Shown here: positions 1 through 8,419 of the stretch, piece by piece
How the letters are laid out: every line of letters starts with the position of its first letter
Numbering within the stretch: the stretch's first letter is position 1
DNA from: Bugula neritina
Lineage: Eukaryota > Animalia > Bryozoa
Direction of reading: 5' to 3'
NCBI GenBank assembly: GCA_964035545.1
Contig: CAXIUT010000149.1
Location: 1 to 8,514 of the forward strand
Length of the DNA stretch: 8,514 nucleotides
The notes under the pieces: model-generated
The model's database searches: none
Seen by the model: only the letters and a program-made list of their open reading frames with translations
What the model was told of the DNA's origin: nothing
Translations under genes and position numbers: made by a program

Positions 1-75
1 CCCAACCCCAACCCCAACCCCAACCCCAACCCCAACCCCAACCCCAACCCCAACCCCAACCCCAACCCCAACCCC
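1..75. repeat. Left telomere, (CCCCAA)n
   Basis: Perfect C4A2 hexamer tandem repeat from base 1 to 75, the Tetrahymena-type ciliate telomere repeat. Confidence 0.98.
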
Positions 76-168
76 TAATTCAAATAAAACCATATTGACA
101 GTTCATATATATTTATTATTTATTAATTTTAATAGATCAAAATATTCAACAGAGATGTTTCGTCCTGT

Positions 169-1524
169 TCATTGTTTTAAAATATATTTGTTTGATTCAC
201 TTTTTTTATTCTTTTTAAGAGCTAGAAATAAGTGGTTCTTTTTCTATTATGATATATTTTTATAGTTTTACACTTATTTTTTCTCATTATTAATAATGTA
301 TTTATACTTTTCGTTTAATTTAGCTCTTTATTCTTCCATATATTTGGCTACTTCACTTTTAAACCCAAAAACAATACTTAATCCATTCTTAAATGTAGCA
401 AAGATTGACATTTCATTAAGTTTCTTTTATAATTTAGCATCAAGTATTTTTTATTTTTATTCTTGAAGTTCTTCAATTTTCTTCTTCTTCTATTTCATTA
501 TTCTCTTTTCAAATTCTTCTTTTTACTTTTGGTAATTGAAATATTTATTATTATTTTTGTTGTGATATTTAGTTTTTTCTTTGATTTAATCTTTTTCTCT
601 ATTTCTTTATTTTTATGATCTTGAACTAATAATTAATCTTTTTGACTTTAGAATTTAATATATTTTTTATTGCTAATTTATATCTTACCAATCACTTTAA
701 GCTTAATCCATCCTAGATTATTAAGTTTGTATTTAAAACAGTCTTTAGTTATTTCTTTATATTTGTTTATTTTGATTATTTTCTTTAGTTAGTATTTTCC
801 TTTTATTAATATTTCTTTTCAAACATTTTCTTTGATTTTAAATTATTAATTTTATTATCTATTTTTATTATTTAAGATCGAAATAACTTTAATTTTTAAT
901 TTTTAATTTTTAAAAGTGATTATTATTCGTAAAATAATTCGTTTGAAAATAATCGTTTTTATAAACATCAAAACAAAATTTTATTCTTTCTAAATATCTG
1001 TGCTATAAAATTAGATCTTATCCAATGTCTTCAAGCTCTGAAAATAAAATATTGTTTTTTAAAAGATTTTTTTATACAATAACATTGAAAAGATTTTTAT
1101 TTATAAATTAAATATTTATAGTTATTAAAGTTGAACAAAATAAATCTAAATAAAAATAAAGTTCAATATCTCTCATGATATTAATATCATTAGAAAAGAA
1201 ATTAAAAAGTCTGAGAACAATTGTATTTCAATTAACTATTCATTTTAATATTTTTATAAAAAATACTAAAATTTTTCTTTAAGATTTTAAATATTTTGCT
1301 TGATATTTAAATATTCTTTTTCAACCTTTACAGACTTTTTTTATTCTCTTTCTCTAAATTTAATATCATAATTTTCATTGCTTTATAGAAAATAATGCTG
1401 CTGTTCTTCAACTTAATTTACTGCTTTGATCTTAGTAATTTTTCAAACCAGTATAATTTATCTTATTGATTTTTGATTTCACTCAAGGATAATCTTTTGA
1501 AATCCCTATTTATTCTAGTAACAT
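169..1524 (-). pseudogene. Degenerate or frameshifted E/K-rich coiled-coil-like gene; longest intact frame 1227->169 (first ATG 1176)
   Basis: Protein-like E/K-rich segments (VEEQQHYFLESNENYDIKFREREEKK; MDEAESDWEDINEQE; KEKEEFEKRIMKEKKKKIEELQEEKEKILDAKLEKKL) lie in different frames. They join if single bases are restored near 1485, 1439-1443 and 1204-1208. The region is much more AT-rich than the other genes. Confidence 0.45.
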
Positions 1525-1569
1525 AGTATTAATAATGTAAAAATAACTTCAGGGTAATATATTATTAAA

Positions 1570-1908
1570 TCATTCAAAACGTAATTTTCTTAGGGTAGGT
1601 AATATTTCCATTGGTCTATTCTCATATATATCATAATGTCTAAAACTCCTATTAGGTTTCCTTTTTACTGTAAAAACTGAATACTTTTTAGCCTTTGAGT
1701 ATAAAGTTGGAAGTCCATTCCTTGTCCTTCCCAGAAGCAAATTTGATTCAGGTTGCTACTTCTTACTACTAGAAAGGTAAACTGTTAATTGCTATCGAAT
1801 TGGATCATTTTGAGCTTTGAGTTTTATCGAATCGACTAAACTAAAGTTGCGAGCAGGTTTGTCTTTTTGAATATCGATAAATTCATGTTTGCTTTTGGGG
1901 GTGAACAT
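1570..1908 (-). CDS. Small basic hypothetical protein, 112 aa, intronless
   Basis: ATG 1908 to TGA 1572-1570, reading MFTPKSKHEFIDIQKDKPARNFSL...LPTLRKLRFE. It forms a GC-richer island flanked by AT-rich DNA, with coding-like third-position bias. No family recognised. Confidence 0.6.
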
Positions 1909-2030
1909 TTGAGATCTTTTTATTAATTATTTATTAGTCAAAACTTGTTATAAACTATCTAACTTTATCACTTGAAATATTATTAAAATAAAGATTAGAT
2001 TAATAATTCTAATGATTTCGATATGATACA

Positions 2031-3779
2031 TCACTTATGATCTTGCTCAGTTCTATCTTGGAAAGGTAGTCCATATTATCCTCTTCCATCAACGTCTGTT
2101 ACTAATTATCTTAATTTATCAGGACAGTATCTCATTTTTCTGTAACTCCATCCATCATCTAACTCGCATTCAGCCAAGAAACATATTAGTATTGCTTGAG
2201 CAATCAAAGCATGTAAATCAGAGCAATAGCAAGTGATATACATACAGATGAAAAAGATACCTAAGAGGAGATAGGGAGGGACTCGACCTTCAACCAAGTT
2301 GTCACGAGCTATCCAATATACTATCATCATAGAAATTAAGGAAAGAACTACTCGAGCCACAAAGGTGTAGACTTCAATAACTGACTAGTTTTGTCTGCAG
2401 ATAGCTGATCTTCTGCAAAGATACTGAGTGTGTCTCGATGAAGGACAATATGAGTTACCTGTAAGATAAATCCAGGTATAAGCATCTTCTCGAGCCATAT
2501 CGAAGAAGTTACAGCAGCAACAGTCAGTATTGGGGAAGAGAAGAGAAATAATAAGAGACGGGATAAAGAAAAGACAAGTGAGGAAAGAACCACTTGCAAC
2601 ACTGCCAAGGTTTCTACAGAAGAGACGCTTGACAGGAGTATACCAGGAAGTCTAACGTTAGAAATACCATTCACAACTCAAACCTGAAATGATGTAGTTG
2701 ACTAAATATGAAGAAAAGTACACATATCTCTCCAGAAAGACAGACCCCATAGTCCTTGAACGACAAGGAGAAGTTTAGTGAACCAGGATATTTCATTGGA
2801 GTAATAAATATCGTTATCATTTCTGGCTGGAGATCCATGTGAACTAAAGGCAATATATTAGAAAGAGAGTAGCAGACCAAACAAGAAAGTGATACCTACA
2901 AAGATAGGAATCCATATAAGGGTAGAACAATGTTGTTTGAGGTAATCTCCTGCAATTTCAAGGAAACATCCTGTGACATAGATAGATTTTCTATGGAAAA
3001 TAGAATACAGAAGCAAACAGACAAATAGTGCCAGACAGACTATTCCAAGGATGATTGCCCAACCTTGACCTTCAACTAAGGTGTTGCCTGATCCAATGAA
3101 GAAAACAAGCATTGTTACAAAGAGCATGAAAAGTGCTAAGATAATTGCGATCCAGTATACAATTTTAGGAAGGCATTGAACTAATATTAACCAAATAATC
3201 GATACTCCAAAACTAATTCCTACTCCAATCAGCAAATAATCAAGTGCTTTGAGGTTATTAAAGCGACTATCGATATTTGCATCATAGAGAAGCTGGTCTC
3301 TGAGATTCTGGTCATCGGGGAGGCAGTAGGCTCCAAGGCGAGTACTGGTTGGATAGTTGGGGTAGAAGGAAATAGTGCAGTTGTCATAGCAGTTAGTAGG
3401 TACTCCTGTTTATGGACATTATGTGACGCAATGTCTGAATGGGTGGAGAGGTACCTGTCATTATGAGGGTTTTTGAGATCGTTGAAATAGAGGAATGGAT
3501 AGTTATTTACTTCAGTTTTAGTATCTAGCATGCATACCTTTCCACTGCTGTCGGTTGGATAGTTGGCTCTTTCAAGATTATCTGCATTATAGTTGACGCA
3601 GGCTAAAATAAACAAAATCAATCCAAAAATAACTCCAAGAATTAGACAGCAGACATCTGTTACAGTTCTTGTCTAGTCTACATGATGTGAGAGGTACCTG
3701 GCAAGGGAAGTTAACTTGCGTCGGTGATGTTGCGTTGATGAAGATAACGGGGTTATTAGTTGATTTATTGATGTTGCAT
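2031..3779 (-). CDS. Choline transporter-like (SLC44/CTL family) membrane protein, about 562 aa; three 20-nt introns
   Basis: ATG at 3779 to TGA at 2033-2031 after removing introns 3678-3697, 3435-3454 and 2702-2721. Family motifs include RTVTDVCCLIL, YPTDSSGKVC, YPFLYF, CVTECP, CEWYF, NLGSVASGSFL, the Cys cluster CCCCNFFD and DAYTWIYLTGNSYCPSS, plus multiple hydrophobic segments. Confidence 0.92.
2702..2721 (-). other. 20-nt intron (CTL intron 3)
   Basis: gtacttttcttcatatttag; gives WGLSFWRDMFNYIISG. Confidence 0.9.
3435..3454 (-). other. 20-nt intron (CTL intron 2)
   Basis: gtacctctccacccattcag; links YPFLYF to CVTECP. Confidence 0.9.
3678..3697 (-). other. 20-nt intron (CTL intron 1)
   Basis: gtacctctcacatcatgtag; links ATG 3779 to the RTVTDVCC frame. 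Confidence 0.85.
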
Positions 3780-3850
3780 TTATATAAATTGTTCAAACTA
3801 ATATAAGTTAGTCAAATTCATTTAAGATTATCATTTATTTGAGAATTAGA
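3780..3850. promoter_or_regulatory. Putative bidirectional promoter and 5' UTRs between the CTL and XPO1 genes
   Basis: 71-bp AT-rich spacer between divergent ATGs at 3779 (-) and 3851 (+). Confidence 0.65.
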
Positions 3851-6800
3851 ATGGAACAAAAACTACACTTTCTACTTGATCGTGGAACTCCCTTCAATCC
3901 CGAGAAGGCTAAAGTCCTTGACGACCTCACCTTCGCCATCAAGGAAAATACAGCTCACGTATCATCTTTAATATCTAGAACAAAGAGGCTCATTAAATTT
4001 GGAAACTGCTCGAAGAAGACCACTATTTCTGGTATAATGCTGATCAAGTGCTCAATTTATGTATGATTGATGAGACGAAGGTGTTTATGTTGATTATTTT
4101 GGAGAAAGCTATTAAGGTATATTATTATTAATGCAGCAAAAATGGTTGGCTCTTCCTTAGGATCAAGGAGAGAGGATTAAAAGTTACATTATTGAGTTGA
4201 TTATGAAGTATGCTGCTGTTTAAAACTTGGCAAAAACATTACATATTATACTTAGTAAATGCAATAGCATATTGATTCAGATAGTTAAGTATTAATGGAA
4301 TAGAACTTGGAAGAGCTTTATTACTGATATATGTCTGTCATCCCGCCAAAACATGAATATATGTGAAAATAATTTTTATCTGTTGAAAATGCTTTCTTAA
4401 GAAATATTTGACCATTCCAAAAATCAACTTACTAATCAACAAATTGTAGAATTAAAAAGTCAAATGAATGAAGATTTTACTCAAATATTCCAACTATGTG
4501 ATCTAATTCTTCAAAATGCTAGTCAAGCCAAAGTATCACTGGTAAAAGCATGTCTATAAACTCTTAATGCATTCTTAAGTTGGATCCCTATGTATTTTAT
4601 CATCTGCACTGACTTAATTGAAAGACTGATTCCTATGTTTGATAGTGACTATTTGAGAAACCACGCGTTATCTTGTCTTGTAGAAATAGCTGCTCTTCCT
4701 ATTGATACTAAAGAAAACGACCAAAAACAAAAATATCTCTTTATGTTGAAGAGAGTAACAGAAGAATTGAACAGATTGATACCCATTACTAATGAAGATG
4801 AGAAGGTAGAACAGTTTTTGAATTCGATTAAGAAGAGAAACAGAAATATTTTTTAAGTTTTGGCAAGAGGAATAGCTAATTTTTATTCTTAGTTTTTCAA
4901 GAATCAGTATCAATGGCTGTAAGGTGCTGTTAATGGAAATGAAGAAGCAGTAAAGATATGTCAATTTGGATTGAGATATCTTTTGATGATGATGAAAATA
5001 GATGAGGACCAGGTATTTAAAATAACTATTGACTTTTTCCACTTTTATATTGGCAATTATCTTTAACAAAACCTCAAAGGAGAAAATTCTTTTGGTTCAA
5101 TGAATTATGGATTTAAAGGTCCCACTTTAGATCAGATCTACCATGATATTTTTAGAGAAGTAATGAAGACAGTATGCTTGAAGATGGCTAAACCATAGGA
5201 AGTGTTGATAGTGATTGATGAGGATGGTATTCCTGTTCGTGAGGAGATGGTAAACACTGAAAATACTTCTCTTTACTAGATATAGAAAGAGTTGGGTCAA
5301 TATTTGGTGAGATATAATTGGACTGATATGAAAAAGTATATTCTTTCAGAAATAGAAAAACAGCATAGTCAATAGTTATTTAATTTTGATACTTTAAATT
5401 CTTTATCATGGATTGTTGGATCTCTATGTGGAAGTATTCAGGATCGCTAGGAAAGATCTTTCTTTATTTCTACTCTTAGAACATTGTTGCAGTTATGTTA
5501 AGTCAAAAAAGGTAAATAAAATAAAGCTGTGATAGCGTCATGTATTATGTATGTTGTAGGTCAGTATCCTACTTTTCTTAGAAATAATTGGACATTCCTT
5601 AAAACAGTTATTAAAAAATTATTTTAGTTTATGAAAGAATAATATCCAGGAATTATGGAAATGGCATGTAATGCTTTTCTTAAAATAACTAAATCTACAG
5701 CTGATCAATTCACCTCTATTCAACAAAACTAATTCGAGCCATATATCCGAGAAATGATTAGAAAAATACCTTAAATCACTCGAAAGTTGACTCATTAAAC
5801 TTATCATTATAACTTCTACTAAGCTATTGGTCATCTTATATCTGCCGAAAACGATGTAGATATTCAATTGGATCTCATGAAAGAAACTCTTGGTCAGAAT
5901 TTGTTTTAGTATTTTAATATAATCTAGTCAGCTAAAAACGGATAAGGTATTCTAAAGGAATAATAAGTTACAAGAAAGTTAAATTATTTCTTCAAATTGA
6001 ATGAAATGCTGGCTACAGGAGTTGGTCGTAACTATGCTCTTCTTCTAAACCTTCTCTGCTAGACAATGAACAAATGCTATCTCTATTATTCAGTTTAGGT
6101 GAATACAATGGTATCTGAACAGGGCAAGAACGTGTTAAACTTTTTGACTGTAAAGACGATGCGTATGGTGAAGAAGGCAATTATTCGAGTGTATACTCGT
6201 ATGCTTTAGAAATGTCAGGATCTTAACTAGCAACAGGCTTCACATATTCTAAACAACTTTATTTTTCCTCTAGGAGAACTATTGAATTAATTTAAGCAAT
6301 GCTCACCTGAAACTAAAGATCAATAATTTGTTGCATTATTTACTGTAGTACTATAAAAATTAAATCTTGTCTTAGATAGTGACTTTCTTGGCAAGCTAGT
6401 CGATATGATCTTTACATCAAGTTTACCTCTCATTACAAGTGACTACAATAGTTTCCCATAAATTAGAACTAACTTCTTTGCTTTTTTGAAAAGTCTCATC
6501 AAATACAACTTTGGAACTCTATTCTCATTGGGTTAAGGATTCTTCAATACGATACTTGATTGTGTTATTTGGTCGCTTCGTCATTAACTGAGTACTTATG
6601 CTGATTTGGGTCTCTAGCTGTTAGAATAGATCTTGACTAATGTTAACAAAAACAGTCAAATATCAAACTAATTTTATTCTCGTTATCATATGCGTATGCT
6701 AACTGATATTTTGGAGGTGATGACAGATGGATTTCATAATTCTGGTATGCGTTCTCAGATGAAAATATTTTTTATTTTGGTGCATGTCACCACTCAAAAC

Positions 6801-7057
6801 ATGGTACTTATTTATCTATTTAGGTTGTTAGTTCGATAGCTACTGATAAATCTCAAAATTAATCAAATTCCTAATACTTATTCAAATTTTTGGTATAGAA
6901 GTTATCAGGAGCTTTTCCAAATGTAAGTAAGACGGTTACTTTTTAAAAAGTAGGAAATTGGTTCAAAACTACTGATGAGAAGCAGTTTTAGGCTTAAATA
7001 GAAGATTATCTCGTCTTGATAAATCGTTTTTCTGGTGATGAGAATCAAGAGAAGTGA
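3851..7057 (+). CDS. XPO1: Exportin-1 (CRM1), about 1048 aa; exons 3851-3958, 3979-4116, 4137-6803, 6824-7057; TAA/TAG read as Glu
   Basis: The spliced frame runs from ATG 3851 to TGA 7055-7057 with no internal TGA. CRM1 motifs appear in the expected order: [48 protein letters not shown] (HEAT9 acidic loop), [59 protein letters not shown]. Confidence 0.96.
3959..3978 (+). other. 20-nt intron (XPO1 intron 1)
   Basis: gtatcatctttaatatctag; removal restores the CRM1 frame. Confidence 0.88.
4117..4136 (+). other. 20-nt intron (XPO1 intron 2)
   Basis: gtatattattattaatgcag; removal gives ILEKAIK|QKWLALP, matching CRM1 ILENVIKTRWKILP. Confidence 0.92.
6804..6823 (+). other. 20-nt intron (XPO1 intron 3)
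   Basis: gtacttatttatctatttag; restores the frame through LSGAFPNV and IEDYLV. Confidence 0.88.
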
Positions 7058-7150
7058 TATCGAGTATTCTTTGTTTATATTTAATTAATATCATCATAAT
7101 TATATCAATAGTAATAAACTCTTAGTATGATCACTAATATAGACAATTAT

Positions 7151-8365
7151 TCATTCAGCTGGATATTTCTAAATTATCTTCTTCTATCTCAAAGTCTAAT
7201 ATCCTCGCTAGACCTTACCTCCCTTTGAAACATTCCATAAGCCTGGTGCCTTGTTACCAGTACTCATCGTTCCTTGGTAGACATAATGTTCATCAATATG
7301 CCTACTGGCTTCTCTGGATTTAACTCCGCTTCCTGATATCAGTTTAATGCCTCCATATTTATTCCTATTTTGAGATTAGTCGATTGTGTTTGTTTTTATT
7401 TGACCTAGAGGAGGAGAAATGGTATTATTAATTGATTTATTAAGTTGATTTGCAACTGATTATTGGTACATTGATGTGTTGGCTCCTTTTAGACCAGCAT
7501 GGATCGTTTTATGGTAGTATGAGCCTGGTTATCTATCAGTTGGATGGCCTGTATTAACATTTAGACTGTGATTGAGGTTGGGAGTAGGACTTGGTCGAAA
7601 TCCTTCGTGTTTGTACACTTGATAGCTAAATATATACTGTTTGGTTTAAAGTAGTTATTGACTAATCGATTACTGGTTCCAACCTAATAATCACTCTTTC
7701 TTCTTTGTTATACTGTGGTTTGTCCTGGAACTTATACTTTTTTATTATTTCCTTTATCTCCCAAAACAAACCCAATCATGCTATCAACTGGATCTAGCAA
7801 GTCATTGATTGAGACTGATTGGGGATTAGATATATTTATGAATTATAATTGGAGAAGTGTGCCTGTTTTATGGTCAAAATTGATGAACCAGAAGAGACTA
7901 TTTTTTTCATCTTAATTATATTGTCTGTACTATCGTTGATGGGTTGTTTGAGGAGCGAGTAGACTTCCTTTATGTTTTTTGACATGTCGATAGTGACTGT
8001 ATTTTTGATGCGACTGCTGCTGGGACAAAGTTTGGTGTTGAGAGCGATCTGAATGGGGTGGGATGTACTCTACCTGCCACTGTGGGGATGTTCATGATGT
8101 TGCAAAATTTTTATTTGAGGTTGTGATTATTATGGAGGAGTTGCGAGATGAGTAGTAGAGATATTTTTCTTAGTTCTGGATGAAGGAGTTGGTACTTTGG
8201 TGTTAGTCTTCTAGATTGGAGATGATTTTCTTGAAATCATTTTTGCTGAGAGAGGCGAATATTTCTTCTTGGTTCTTTTTACTAACGACTATGTGACTGG
8301 GTTAACCGGATGATGTACTTAATTAGCTTCTACATTGAGTTTATTAGCAGTAGTTTCTATTACAT
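7151..8365 (-). CDS. Hypothetical protein, about 370 aa; helical N-terminal half and low-complexity C-terminal half; five tiny introns
   Basis: One TGA-free frame emerges after removing introns 8297-8318, 8176-8195, 8049-8068, 7911-7930 and 7618-7637, all matching the intron consensus. It reads MEEKLLLINSMEKLINHIVVSKKNQEEIFASLSKNDFKKIISNLEDEHQKLRKISLLLISQLLH...SLFWFINF...LLDPVDSMIGF...KYPAE*. The start codon is less certain than the rest of the model. Confidence 0.75.
7618..7637 (-). other. 20-nt intron (orphan gene intron 5)
   Basis: gtatatatttagctatcaag; the spliced frame extends to TGA at 7151-7153, at the edge of the AT-rich spacer. Confidence 0.65.
7911..7930 (-). other. 20-nt intron (orphan gene intron 4)
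   Basis: gtacagacaatataattaag; the unspliced frame hits TGA while the spliced frame continues. Confidence 0.7.
8049..8068 (-). other. 20-nt intron (orphan gene intron 3)
   Basis: gtacatcccaccccattcag; phase 0, fits the consensus. Confidence 0.75.
8176..8195 (-). other. 20-nt intron (orphan gene intron 2)
   Basis: gtaccaactccttcatccag; fits the consensus and avoids a downstream TGA. Confidence 0.75.
8297..8318 (-). other. 22-nt intron (orphan gene intron 1)
   Basis: gtacatcatccggttaacccag; links ATG 8365 to the downstream frame. Confidence 0.6.
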
Positions 8366-8419
8366 CCTTTTGAAATTATTTATAACTACTCGATTATGAT
8401 ATACCCATATTATCTAAGT

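Noticed and set aside
76-100. Chromosome-breakage motif remnants (AAACCA, TTCAA/TTGA; CCATATT near both ends)
   Set aside because: These are only partial matches to Tetrahymena or Euplotes Cbs motifs and are not symmetric at the two ends. CCATATT also occurs internally.
1175-1190. 16-bp perfect palindrome ATGATATTAATATCAT
   Set aside because: Single occurrence in very AT-rich DNA with no supporting context.
1228-1524. TGA=Trp reading (all three stops reassigned) of the frame starting at ATG 1524
   Set aside because: The seven TGAs are best explained as the T-GA shadow of adjacent Glu/Asp-rich frames. XPO1 and CTL use TGG for Trp and have no internal TGA.
1479-1886. Alternative overlapping 135-aa minus-strand ORF (MNLSIFKK...)
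   Set aside because: Its L/I/F-rich composition is typical of the +1 shadow frame, and long open frames are common when TGA is the only stop.
1893-1902. Internal telomere-like TTTTGGGGG
   Set aside because: A single unit inside coding sequence (acc ccc aaa on the minus strand).
2348-2880. Supplied ORFs 2348..2674 and 2671..2880 (also 3587..3796)
   Set aside because: These are shifted shadow frames of the CTL gene. The family motifs lie in another frame containing TAA/TAG sense codons.
4668-5867. Supplied minus-strand ORFs 4668..5069 and 5619..5867, and plus-strand ORF 7715..7915
   Set aside because: They are antisense to well-supported genes and have no recognisable features.
7035-7054. 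Possible 20-nt GT..AG intron that would extend the XPO1 C-terminus
   Set aside because: It has a GTG donor, lacks the -6 A, and the extension does not resemble the CRM1 tail.
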